This document shows positions 28,238 through 38,106 of a DNA stretch of 64,000 nucleotides, piece after piece (position 1 is the first letter of the stretch; every line of letters starts with the position of its first letter). The position numbers were made by a program, and so were the translations under genes. The notes beneath the pieces are model-generated. The model searched no databases, had not been told where the DNA came from, and saw only the letters and a program-made list of their open reading frames with translations. Origin of the DNA: a virus; the IMG/VR virus record IMGVR_UViG_3300025016_000004; one strand, given 5' to 3'.

Positions 28238-29448
28238 TGAAGGAAAATAACGAAATAATTGATATTAGTAATGTTAATTACAGTGAATGTGAAATATTAG
28301 ATATTGTAGATGGATATGATTATACTATGGATTTTGAGGTGGGTGATACACATTACTATACATTAGAAAATGGTTTAGTGAGTCATAATAGTGTGAGTAT
28401 TCTTACTCAAACTACTTCGGGGTTAGAGCCAGTATTTTCCGTATTCCCTTATTTAAGACGTAAAAAGTTAAACCCTAACGATAAAAACGCTAGAGTAGAT
28501 TTTACTGATGATAATGGTGACCAATGGCAAGAGTTTTCAGTAACTCATAAACCGCTTATGGATTATATCAAAATCAATAAATTGGATGAAGCAATCACTG
28601 AATTAAATGATAAAATGAATAAAACCAAAGCTGAAGAAGAAGATTTAGTTTCTAAAGTGGTGATGTTCATAACCAATAACCCTAATCCGTATAGCAATAG
28701 TAGTGCTAATGACATTGATTGGATTGAAAGGGTTAAAATTCAATCAATAATTCAGAAATATACAACCCATTCAATTAGTTCAACAATTAATTTACCTACT
28801 GATGTAACTAAAGAGGAAGTTTCTGAAATTTACATCAAAGCTTGGGATATGAATTTGAAGGGTGTTACTATTTATCGTGATGGTTGTAGAACTGGAGTTT
28901 TAGTTACTAAAACTGACCCTAAAGAAGATGAAATTGTTTATACAGACGCACCAAAAAGACCTGAAAAATTAGAATGTGAAATTTATCATTCTAAAGTAAA
29001 AGGTAAAATTTATACAGTAATAATTGGATTATTAAAAGGTAAAGTTTATGAAGTATTTGCTAGTGATGAAGAAATTGGTAAAGGTTATACTGAAGCTTAT
29101 AATAAGAAAATTAAATCTGGTCATTATAGTCTTATAACTAGAGGTACTGAAGAAATGATTTATGATAATATCGGTAGCAATATGACTGATGAAGAAGAGA
29201 TGTTCACAAGAGGGTTATCAGCTGCATTAAGACATGGTATGCATGTTAAATTCGCTGTTGAAATGTGTAACAATGGGAAGGGTGATATCACTTCATTTAC
29301 AAAGGTTATTGCTAGAACTCTTAAGAGATATATTGAGGATGGAACTTCTTCATCTAAAAAATGTCTTGATTGCGGTGCAGAAAATAGTATTATTTATGAA
29401 GAAGGTTGTCAGCGATGTAAAATCTGTGGTAGTTCTAAATGTGGTTAA
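28237..29448 (+). CDS. nrdJ: NrdJ C-terminal fragment preceded by a split-intein C half (28237-28389)
   Basis: ...YTMDFEVGDTHYYTLENGLVSHN|SVSILTQTTSGLEP, HSISSTINLP, LKGVTIYRDGCR, C-terminal zinc ribbon CLDCG...EEGCQRCKICGSSKCG. Confidence 0.9.
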   Translation: MKENNEIIDISNVNYSECEILDIVDGYDYTMDFEVGDTHYYTLENGLVSHNSVSILTQTTSGLEPVFSVFPYLRRKKLNPNDKNARVDFTDDNGDQWQEFSVTHKPLMDYIKINKLDEAITELNDKMNKTKAEEEDLVSKVVMFITNNPNPYSNSSANDIDWIERVKIQSIIQKYTTHSISSTINLPTDVTKEEVSEIYIKAWDMNLKGVTIYRDGCRTGVLVTKTDPKEDEIVYTDAPKRPEKLECEIYHSKVKGKIYTVIIGLLKGKVYEVFASDEEIGKGYTEAYNKKIKSGHYSLITRGTEEMIYDNIGSNMTDEEEMFTRGLSAALRHGMHVKFAVEMCNNGKGDITSFTKVIARTLKRYIEDGTSSSKKCLDCGAENSIIYEEGCQRCKICGSSKCG

Positions 29449-29484
29449 TTTTTAACAGCTTCCCTTATCATTTATGTTAAGGCC

Positions 29485-29529
29485 AAGAGGTGTAAGTCAT
29501 ATAGAATTAGACTTACACCTCTTTTTTTT
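29485..29529 (+). terminator. Intrinsic terminator ending the replication operon
   Basis: aagaggtgtaagtc...gacttacacctctt followed by a T tract. Confidence 0.85.
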
Positions 29530-29571
29530 GTTTAAAACTTTACTTTTAGATATTTATTAGTAAATAAAGTC

Positions 29572-29955
29572 ATGGCAAATAAGAGTATTAATATTAACTT
29601 CCCCTTTAAAGATAGTCCAAAAGGGTTCTTTTTAGATTTAAATACCGTTGATAATAAAGCAATCAAGGCTGATTTATTACATTTAATTCTAACCAATAAG
29701 GGTGAACGTTTATATTTACCTGATTTTGGAACCAATTTAAGAAAATATTTATTTAATCCTTATGATGGAATTACTGAAAGTGAGATAAAATCTGAAATTA
29801 GTGAAGCCATTAAAAAATACATTCCTAATTTGAAAGTAAATTCAATAACTTTCGAAGAAGCACCTCAAAGTCAATATGGTGCTGTAGTTAAATTAGAGTA
29901 CACTATCACTGAAGATGTATTCGAAACTCGTGACATGATTATTATTCAGTTATAA
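29572..29955 (+). CDS. Baseplate wedge protein, gp25/GPW-like
   Basis: INFPF...LILTNKGERLYLPDFGTNLRKYLF...YIPNLKV. Confidence 0.85.
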   Translation: MANKSININFPFKDSPKGFFLDLNTVDNKAIKADLLHLILTNKGERLYLPDFGTNLRKYLFNPYDGITESEIKSEISEAIKKYIPNLKVNSITFEEAPQSQYGAVVKLEYTITEDVFETRDMIIIQL

Positions 29956-31567
29956 TTTCATATTTTAAATTACCAGAATCGTAAATCCTATATAAACCTA
30001 ATTTTTGTGTAATCTCATTTTCTGTTAAGTTTGAATCATAACCCATTTTAACTAATTTATGTTTTTGATATTTAAATCTATTCTCTCTTATTTTTAAAAC
30101 ATCATTAAATAATGTGTAATTAGGTAACGAAGCATGTTTAAATTCAAACCCTAAATTTTTATATAAATTACCAGAACTCCACCTTCTATCAGCATAGGAT
30201 ATAATTGATTTGGGTTTATAAGTTTTAACAAAGTATTTAAATAACTTACTAGCACCACCAATGACTGTAGTATCTAATTTATTACAAAATCTAATTAATT
30301 CCCACTCAGAGTTACCAAATATTTTTCTTTTACCAAAAGTCATTAGACTAATTAACTCATCATCATAATATAACCCTAATTTAATTTTAGAATTAACATT
30401 ACCTTGAATATGGTTATTATCTAAAAATATCTTACTTGTTTTACTATCTATTAATTTTACAATAGTGTTTCTACCATAAATTCTATTCTTACTTAATCCC
30501 AATAAATTTTTCAATCTTGATTTAACAATTTCTTTTTTATAAACCCATTCATCTTCGAATAGGTGAATTAATTGAATACCTTTAGATTCACATAATTTAG
30601 TTTTATTTAAGTGATATTTTTTATCTTTATATATTTCTGAATGCCAATACAACCCATTAATTTCAATACCTATTTTTTTAGATGGTATGTAAATATCTAA
30701 TTCTTTACCACCCAATACAGACCTATCATTTTTAATAAAATTTAAATCAATTGATTTAATAAAATCAATAACTTCCATTTCAATTATTGATGTTGAATTG
30801 GTACACTTTTTACAACCATAGTTATTTATATGGTATAAGGGTGTTTCTTTTACTAATCCGTGAGTTTTACAAATAATATCAACTTCAGTGGTCAAATCAA
30901 TATATTTTACTTTAGAATAATCATATTTATTACCATGAATTTTTTTAGCTTTAGTTATAAATGATTTAGTGTCAAATACTCTACCTAAACAACTTAAACA
31001 ACCTTGACCTTTTGATAAATGATTATTCGGTAATATATCAAACTCACCATGTTTAGGGCAAATAATTGTTATATTAGTTTTAGTGTCAACATATTTTACT
31101 TTAGAATAATCATATCTATCACCATGAATTTTTTTAGCTTTAGTTATAAAAATTTTGGTATCTAATTTAGCAGTTCCACCACAATATTTACACCCTTTAC
31201 CTTTTATATGATTATCAGGTATTTGTTGAAATTCACCATGTTTAGGACAAATTATTATAACTTTATTCTTATTTCCAGAGTATTTTACTTTAGAATAATT
31301 ATATCTATCACCATGAATTTTTTTAGATTCATTTATAAATTCTTCATTTGTTTTTAATTGAGATAACCCAAATTCTATATTTTTACATTTTGGACAACCT
31401 TGATTTCTATTTAAATGGTGCACTGGGGTTTTATAAAATTCACCATGTTTAGGGCAAACTATAATAACTTTATCATTATTTCTAACATACACTACTTTAG
31501 AATAATCATATCTATCACCATGAATTTTTTTAGATTCATTTATAAATTTTTTAGTTGTTTTTTTCAT
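29942..31567 (-). CDS. Free-standing homing endonuclease (Hef-like) with four DUF723-type zinc repeats
   Basis: Four FI..[SA]KKIHG..YDYSKV.Y...IIC..HG repeats; ELDIYIP..KIGIEINGLYWHS; C-terminal NHIQG...ELIRFC...SYADRRWS...RIYDSG; only substantial minus-strand gene. Confidence 0.75.
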   Translation of the reverse strand: MKKTTKKFINESKKIHGDRYDYSKVVYVRNNDKVIIVCPKHGEFYKTPVHHLNRNQGCPKCKNIEFGLSQLKTNEEFINESKKIHGDRYNYSKVKYSGNKNKVIIICPKHGEFQQIPDNHIKGKGCKYCGGTAKLDTKIFITKAKKIHGDRYDYSKVKYVDTKTNITIICPKHGEFDILPNNHLSKGQGCLSCLGRVFDTKSFITKAKKIHGNKYDYSKVKYIDLTTEVDIICKTHGLVKETPLYHINNYGCKKCTNSTSIIEMEVIDFIKSIDLNFIKNDRSVLGGKELDIYIPSKKIGIEINGLYWHSEIYKDKKYHLNKTKLCESKGIQLIHLFEDEWVYKKEIVKSRLKNLLGLSKNRIYGRNTIVKLIDSKTSKIFLDNNHIQGNVNSKIKLGLYYDDELISLMTFGKRKIFGNSEWELIRFCNKLDTTVIGGASKLFKYFVKTYKPKSIISYADRRWSSGNLYKNLGFEFKHASLPNYTLFNDVLKIRENRFKYQKHKLVKMGYDSNLTENEITQKLGLYRIYDSGNLKYEIITE

Positions 31568-31671
31568 ACCTATTTAAATATACCATAAATATACTAAAAA
31601 ATAATTAAAAAACCTAATTTACTTTATTTTTTATAAAAATTATTTATCTTATATTTATAATAAAACAAATT

Positions 31672-33489
31672 ATGAGTAAAGGAATTGCATATTCAAGTAG
31701 AAATTTTGCTGATGTAAGAACAGAATTAATAGATTTTGTAAAACAATATTACCCTGATATTTTATCGGATTTCAATGATGCATCTATTGGTATGCTTTTA
31801 ATTGAGTTAAATGCTGCGGTTAGTGACATGCTTTCAGTAAACACTGATAGAATGTTTCAGGAAACTCAAATTGACTACGCACAACAAAGAAGTTCAGTAT
31901 TATCAATGGCTAGAACTTTTGGTCTTAAAATTCCAGCTAAAAGGCCATCTATAAGTATCGTAGATTTTTCAGTTACTGTTCCAGTACTTGGAGATTCATT
32001 TGATGTTAGATATGCGCCTTTAGTTAGAGTTGGCGCACAAGTAGCTGGTGGTGGTAAAGTGTTTGAAACGATAGATGATATTGATTTCTCAAATCCTTTT
32101 ACTACAGGTGGTTTACCTAATAGGTTAATAATACCTAATTTAGATAGCAACAATAACATCACCAACTATACATTAACAAAAAGAGAAATAGTTTTAAATG
32201 GTATTACTAAAACATTTAAGAAAACAATTTCAACTTCGGATGTAGTACCTTTTTATGAATTGGTATTACCAGATAACGATATTTTATCAATTACTTCAAT
32301 TATAACGAAAAATGGCACTTCATATTCAACTGAACCAACCATTGATGAATTTTTAAATTTTGATAATAGATGGTTTGAAGTTGATGCTTTAGCTGAAGAC
32401 ACTAAATTTATTGAAGATGTAAATGCTAGTTCAGATAATGCTGGTATTCGACCAGGTAAATGGGTTAGAATTACTAGAAAATTTATAAAAGAATATACAG
32501 ACAATGGCTTTATAAAAATAATTTTTGGTGGTGGCAGTTCAGATGTGACATCCTTATCAGAATTTAATGTTAATGGTTCATTAACAGATAGAATAGGTGA
32601 TTTCATCAATAACTTATCATTGGGTGAAACTCTTAAAGCTGGAACAACATTATTTGTGCAGTATAGAGTCGGTGGTGGCTCAAACACAAATTTAGGTTCT
32701 AACACAATCACTACAACTAATTTGATTAATATGTTTATTAATGGGCCAATCGATGCAACCAACAATTCAGTTAGGCAATCATTAACAGTTAATAATCCAG
32801 TTCCAGCATTAGGTGGTAGAGATGAACCTACAGTTGATGAAATTAGAAATTTAGTTAGATATAATTTCGCTTCACAAAATAGAGCGGTAACAATTAAAGA
32901 TTATCAAGCTAGAGTTAGTCTTATGCCTGGTGAATTTGGTGTTCCTTTTAGAACTGGTGTCTTTGAAGAACAAAACAAGATATTAATTTATATTCTAGGT
33001 TTAGATGGTAGTAGTAAATTAACCAATTCATCAACTAGCACGTTAAAACAAAATATTTCCAATTATTTAGCTGATTATCGAATGTTGAATGATTATGTAG
33101 CCATTGCTGATGGCCAAATCGTTAATCTAGGGTTTGAATTTGATTTATTGGTAGAAAAAGATTACCCACAATCACAAATCATTTCAAATGTAATTAATAA
33201 TGTAAAAGATTTCATGGATATTAATAAACATCATATGGGTGAAAATATCTATTTGGGTCAATTGATTGAAAATGTAAATAATGTTGGTGGGGTAACCAAC
33301 GTAATAGATATTAGAGTTTTTAACAAAGTAGGTGAAGGAAAATATTCAATGAATGAAATTGAACAACCTTATGTAGATACTACCACAAGACAAATTATGG
33401 TTTCAGATGAATACACATTATTCGGAAATCCTAAAAGTATGTTTGAAGTCCGTTTCCCAGAGAAAGATATCCGCATCCGTGTGAAGTAA
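31672..33489 (+). CDS. Baseplate wedge subunit (T4 gp6 / P2 gpJ-like)
   Basis: YSSRNF..VRTELI, IIFGGG, YRVGGGSNTN, NPVPALGGRDEPTVDEIR, QNRAVTIKDY. Confidence 0.85.
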   Translation: MSKGIAYSSRNFADVRTELIDFVKQYYPDILSDFNDASIGMLLIELNAAVSDMLSVNTDRMFQETQIDYAQQRSSVLSMARTFGLKIPAKRPSISIVDFSVTVPVLGDSFDVRYAPLVRVGAQVAGGGKVFETIDDIDFSNPFTTGGLPNRLIIPNLDSNNNITNYTLTKREIVLNGITKTFKKTISTSDVVPFYELVLPDNDILSITSIITKNGTSYSTEPTIDEFLNFDNRWFEVDALAEDTKFIEDVNASSDNAGIRPGKWVRITRKFIKEYTDNGFIKIIFGGGSSDVTSLSEFNVNGSLTDRIGDFINNLSLGETLKAGTTLFVQYRVGGGSNTNLGSNTITTTNLINMFINGPIDATNNSVRQSLTVNNPVPALGGRDEPTVDEIRNLVRYNFASQNRAVTIKDYQARVSLMPGEFGVPFRTGVFEEQNKILIYILGLDGSSKLTNSSTSTLKQNISNYLADYRMLNDYVAIADGQIVNLGFEFDLLVEKDYPQSQIISNVINNVKDFMDINKHHMGENIYLGQLIENVNNVGGVTNVIDIRVFNKVGEGKYSMNEIEQPYVDTTTRQIMVSDEYTLFGNPKSMFEVRFPEKDIRIRVK

Positions 33490-33550
33490 TTTATTTCACA
33501 CATGATAATTGTTTTTTATAAATTTTTGATATTTATTAATAAATAAAAAA

Positions 33551-34447
33551 ATGAAGTGTAGTGAATGTAGTAATAAAGTGCAAAAATTTGGCAAAGTTAA
33601 TAATGAACAAAGATATTTTTGTGTTAAATGTAATAAAACATTTTCAAAAAAATCAATTAAAAGGGAAGTAGAACGTAAAGAAAAATATGAAAGAATTAAA
33701 AAAATGTATATAGAAGATAATTTATCTACAATTGAAATTGCTAAAATATTAGGTGTTAGTTCCACAGTACCACAGAGAATTATTAAAAAAATGGGAATAT
33801 CTAAAACAATAAGTGAAGCTAAAAAAGGTAAGGTTAGAATAAGTAAATTACCAGCACAAAAAATAATCAATTTTTATTTAGATGGTGATTCATCAATAGA
33901 AATAAGTGAAAAATTAAATATATCTAAAAGGTCAGTATTAAATATTTTAGAAAAACATGGAATTGAAAGAAATAATATTTATGAATATAAACATGATAAG
34001 ATTGATGAAATTAAAAAATTATATTTAAATGGAAATTCAATGAATAAGGTTAGTGAAAAATTAAATATACCTTATACTACAATTAACACTAATTTACATA
34101 AATTGGGTATTGTAAGAACCGAGGATAAATTTAGAATTGGTATTAATTATGAAGAATATTTAGAAGTATTACCAGCTTTTAAAAAATATAGAAGTGATGT
34201 TATGAAAATTACAAATAAACAAAAAATATATAAATTGGTTAATTTTGATAGAAGGGGTTTATGCGGTGTTGATGGTGTGTACCAATTAGACCATAAATTT
34301 TCAATTTTAGAAGGTTTTAAACAAGGTATTGAACCAGAAATTATTGGTGATATTAAAAATTTAGAATTTATTCCTTGGGAAGAAAATTTAAACAAAGGGT
34401 CAAAATGTTCAATAACGGAAAAAGAATTAAGAAAGGGAGTAAAATAA
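33551..34447 (+). CDS. Homing-endonuclease-like protein: N-terminal Zn ribbon, three HTH repeats, C-terminal HNH-like domain
   Basis: CSEC...KFGK...QRYFCVKC; HTH repeats (LSTIEIAKILGVS, SSIEISEKLNIS, SMNKVSEKLNIP); YQLDHKFS...NLEFIPWEENLNKG. Confidence 0.7.
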   Translation: MKCSECSNKVQKFGKVNNEQRYFCVKCNKTFSKKSIKREVERKEKYERIKKMYIEDNLSTIEIAKILGVSSTVPQRIIKKMGISKTISEAKKGKVRISKLPAQKIINFYLDGDSSIEISEKLNISKRSVLNILEKHGIERNNIYEYKHDKIDEIKKLYLNGNSMNKVSEKLNIPYTTINTNLHKLGIVRTEDKFRIGINYEEYLEVLPAFKKYRSDVMKITNKQKIYKLVNFDRRGLCGVDGVYQLDHKFSILEGFKQGIEPEIIGDIKNLEFIPWEENLNKGSKCSITEKELRKGVK

Positions 34448-34453
34448 AAAGTT

Positions 34454-34780
34454 ATGGGATGTGGATGTAAAGGTGATAAAGTTTCACCACAAATAGAAAA
34501 CGAAGAAAAAACTAAATTAACATTAGGTGGTCAATTATTAAAAATACTAACCATAATTTTATTAAGTATTTTGATAATTGTGTTATCACCAATATTACTT
34601 ATTATTTCTTGGTATATTGCATTTAGAGCGGTATTTAGTGATAATTTTAATATTGTAAATTTCATATTAAAGCATTTTACAATTCTCTATTCTGATAAAG
34701 AATTTAATAAAGATGATTTTAATGAGCAAGAATTTAATGAAGACAATTATGAAATTGTTGGTGTAGATGTAATAAAATAA
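34454..34780 (+). CDS. Small membrane protein
   Basis: MGCGCK start, long hydrophobic segment ILTIILLSILIIVLSPILLIISWYIAF, acidic tail. Confidence 0.6.
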   Translation: MGCGCKGDKVSPQIENEEKTKLTLGGQLLKILTIILLSILIIVLSPILLIISWYIAFRAVFSDNFNIVNFILKHFTILYSDKEFNKDDFNEQEFNEDNYEIVGVDVIK

Positions 34781-34784
34781 ATAA

Positions 34785-37700
34785 ATGTCAAAAAATATAA
34801 GAATACGTACAACCCCTAATGGTGGTGATAACCATGTAAAAATTCAATTAAATCAAGATTTTGATTTTCTTGAAATTTTATCTTTAAAAATATCACAAGA
34901 AGATGTATACCGTAGTTTTTACTCAGACTATGGTGTTGTTGTTGGGCGTGTTATTATGAATAGTGGTGTTGGTGTACCTAATGCTAGAATTTCGATATTC
35001 ATCCCACTTACAGATGATGATGCAGCCAACGAGCAAATAGCTCAATTATATCCATATAAAGATTTACAAGATGTTAATTCTGATGGTATTAGATATAACA
35101 CTTTACCTAAAGATGCTCAAGGTGAATGTCACGTACCTATTGGTACATTCCCAACAAAAAGAGAATTAGTTGATAATGAAGAGCTAATGTCTATTTATGA
35201 AAAATATTATAAATACACTACTACAACAAATGATGCTGGTGATTTTATGTTATTTGGAGTTCCAGTTGGAAATCATATTGTGAATGTTGATGTGGATTTA
35301 TCTGATATTGGTATATTTTCTCAAAGACCTTATGATTTTATAGAGCAAGGAAATCCTGAACGTTTGTTTGATTCCCCAACTAAATTTAGAACTAATACAA
35401 ATTTAAATAATTTAACGCAAATTAAAAATAGACAAGTAGGTATTAATGTAATACCATTTTGGGGTGAAAAGGAAAGTAATGAAGTTGGAATATCAAGAAT
35501 TGATGTTGATTTAAATTATAATATTAAACCTAAAGCTATTTTTATGGGCTCTATTTTTGGGGATAATGAAAAAAATAGTGTTAATAAAACTTGTACCCCT
35601 AGAAAAAAATTAGGTAGAATTTGTGAAATTAATGAAGGTGAAGGTTCAATTCAAATGTTAAGAAAAAATTTATTTGGACTTAATGAAAGATTTGATGTTG
35701 ATGGCGGTAGGGTTATAAATGAAAATGGTAGTTGGGCTTATCAAATACCCATGAATTTAGATTATGTGGTTACCAATGAATTTGGTGATTTAGTAAAAAC
35801 TGAAGATACAACTAGGGGAATTGCGACTAGAGCTAGTGTTCGTTTTAAAATAAATATGGATGAAACTGGTGACGAAGGGCGATTAAGGAGTAGGGCCAAA
35901 TTTTTAGTACCTCACAACCCATCGACTACAAACGAAATTGATTATTCTTTTGATGAATCAACTCCCGATACGCAATTTACTGATATATATTGGAATAAAA
36001 TTTATACTGTTAAAAACTTCGTTTCTAGATTTCAAAGCAACGATAATAAACAAAATAGAAATTTTGTTGGTTTTAAAGATGTTGATAATTGTGTTGGGTC
36101 TAAATCACCATTACCATTTAATACAATAGATGGGGATTGGAACCCATTGTTTGTTGTGTTATGTATTATTATTGAAATAATCGTAACTTTAGCTAGAATT
36201 CTAGCTATTGTTAAAAAAGTTAGGCTACCATGTGACGGCACTAACATTAGAATTAGGGCGAGCTCATCAAAGGGGGCTAGGCAATGGACAAAATGTACGA
36301 AATTAAACTTAGCTGAATCATTAAATGTTTATGAAATGGATTTTTATAATGATTGGTTAAATGGGTCGTTATACGCCTATTTATTCAAATATAAACGTAA
36401 AAAAAGTGATGAAAAATTCTGTGGTGATGGAGATGGAGATGGAACTAATAAAGTAATAAATAGTAATTCATTTACGCATTATGCTTCACAGGGTGTACAA
36501 TCAGCTAATGTCACAAAAGGGTTAATTGCTAGTTATGAAGGTGAATTATTTTATAAACCTATGTCACCAGAAGGTTGGAAATTATACCCAACTGATTTAC
36601 ATTTTTTAGGTTCAGTTTTTAATTGTGATTGGCAAGCTAAACCAAAAATTAACCAAAAATTAACTCCAACAACATATGAATTTCCAAGTTGGACAGATGT
36701 AAGTTTATTATTTGATTTAACTTGTCTTGGTGGAGTTAAAATCAATCAAAGAAATTCTATAAACATTAGAAGGATGTGTGAGATTGGGGTTGACATTAAT
36801 GAAAATACTGATAATGAAATTAATGAAGAAGATTTGAAGGATGCGTTAGTTAGAAATCAATTAATGATATTAAATGATGATATTTTTAGAGGTTTAGATG
36901 TAACTCAAGTGGATTCATTGTTTACATCAAATGATTATATAGATTATAGATTATATGATTCATCTAAAAGTCTATATCAATCTAATGGCAACTCATTTTA
37001 TTATTATTTCGGTAGTAAGCCAAATAATACAGCACTTGATTTAATGAATTCAAGGTATTTCACTGATTGTACTAGAATAGTAAAAAGTAATATTACTATT
37101 TTAGGTGTTGTTACTAATGTATCAACAATTAATGGTAGTAATGGGTCTATTAATGTTACAGTAAATGGTGGTATACCTGATTATACTTATACATGGTATG
37201 ATTTAGCTGGTCAAAGGGATGGGAATGGTCAATTATTACCAATAAGTGTTTCAACTGAGTCACCAGACATCGCTAATTTAAGTGGTGGTACATATTATAT
37301 TATAGTAACGGATGATAATGGTACTGGTACACAAGTTAAAAAAACCTTTATAGTTGAAAATCTTAAACCATTATCCGCTAATATAACAACTATTAATACG
37401 AATGCAGCAGGTGCATTCAATGGTAAAATAAAAATTCAATCAATTACGGGTGGTGTTAAACCTTATGATGTGGAAATAACAGGGCCAATATCAACTCCAT
37501 TGATTTTTAATGACATTTCTTATTCATTATTAGTAGAAGGGTTAAGAGATGGCACATATATAGTTAAAATAACAGATAACACTGGAAGTGTAGTAACATA
37601 TAGCGTAGTTATAAGTATACCTGATACAATATCAGTCAATTTAATATCAATATCTGACCCAAGTTGTATTGGTTTTGGTGATGGTAGTCTTGTAATTCAA

Positions 37701-38105
37701 ATTAATGGTGGTACGCCAGATTTTAGTGTTCAACTTACTGATGGAGTTTCAACATATCAACCTAATAATACAGGTGATACTATATATACATTTACTAACT
37801 TAACACCAAATCCCCAAACATTAACCGTGGTTGATTTATATGGTCAAACATTAACTAGAAATTATACAATAAATGAACCTCTTGAATTAGTTTTAACTTG
37901 GGATAGTTTAGGTACAACTTCCAGACGATTTACACTTTCAAATACAATTATTGGTATAGAATATAATTTTGAAGACGATGGTGGTAATATTTTTGAAACA
38001 ATAGTGGCTACTAGCAATACAATTGTTTTTACTAAAGTACCATTCACTAATGTAACGGGTGTACAAGCTATAAGTCAATATGGTTGTACAAGTAATATTT
38101 TATAA
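34785..38105 (+). CDS. Tail/baseplate protein with N-terminal Ig-like domain and C-terminal SprB-like repeats
   Basis: GVVVGRV...GVPNARISIF...TTTNDAGDFMLFGVPVG; three repeats of the type NGSINVTVNGGIPDYTYTW...NLSGGTYYIIVTD. Confidence 0.65.
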   Translation: MSKNIRIRTTPNGGDNHVKIQLNQDFDFLEILSLKISQEDVYRSFYSDYGVVVGRVIMNSGVGVPNARISIFIPLTDDDAANEQIAQLYPYKDLQDVNSDGIRYNTLPKDAQGECHVPIGTFPTKRELVDNEELMSIYEKYYKYTTTTNDAGDFMLFGVPVGNHIVNVDVDLSDIGIFSQRPYDFIEQGNPERLFDSPTKFRTNTNLNNLTQIKNRQVGINVIPFWGEKESNEVGISRIDVDLNYNIKPKAIFMGSIFGDNEKNSVNKTCTPRKKLGRICEINEGEGSIQMLRKNLFGLNERFDVDGGRVINENGSWAYQIPMNLDYVVTNEFGDLVKTEDTTRGIATRASVRFKINMDETGDEGRLRSRAKFLVPHNPSTTNEIDYSFDESTPDTQFTDIYWNKIYTVKNFVSRFQSNDNKQNRNFVGFKDVDNCVGSKSPLPFNTIDGDWNPLFVVLCIIIEIIVTLARILAIVKKVRLPCDGTNIRIRASSSKGARQWTKCTKLNLAESLNVYEMDFYNDWLNGSLYAYLFKYKRKKSDEKFCGDGDGDGTNKVINSNSFTHYASQGVQSANVTKGLIASYEGELFYKPMSPEGWKLYPTDLHFLGSVFNCDWQAKPKINQKLTPTTYEFPSWTDVSLLFDLTCLGGVKINQRNSINIRRMCEIGVDINENTDNEINEEDLKDALVRNQLMILNDDIFRGLDVTQVDSLFTSNDYIDYRLYDSSKSLYQSNGNSFYYYFGSKPNNTALDLMNSRYFTDCTRIVKSNITILGVVTNVSTINGSNGSINVTVNGGIPDYTYTWYDLAGQRDGNGQLLPISVSTESPDIANLSGGTYYIIVTDDNGTGTQVKKTFIVENLKPLSANITTINTNAAGAFNGKIKIQSITGGVKPYDVEITGPISTPLIFNDISYSLLVEGLRDGTYIVKITDNTGSVVTYSVVISIPDTISVNLISISDPSCIGFGDGSLVIQINGGTPDFSVQLTDGVSTYQPNNTGDTIYTFTNLTPNPQTLTVVDLYGQTLTRNYTINEPLELVLTWDSLGTTSRRFTLSNTIIGIEYNFEDDGGNIFETIVATSNTIVFTKVPFTNVTGVQAISQYGCTSNIL

Positions 38106-38106
38106 T

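Noticed and set aside
33551..33660. IS1 InsA-like zinc ribbon as evidence of an IS1 element
   Set aside because: No DDE domain, terminal inverted repeats or target duplication seen; the C-terminus is HNH-like
34454..34780. Holin call for the small membrane protein
   Set aside because: No adjacent endolysin and no family motif recognised; left as membrane protein
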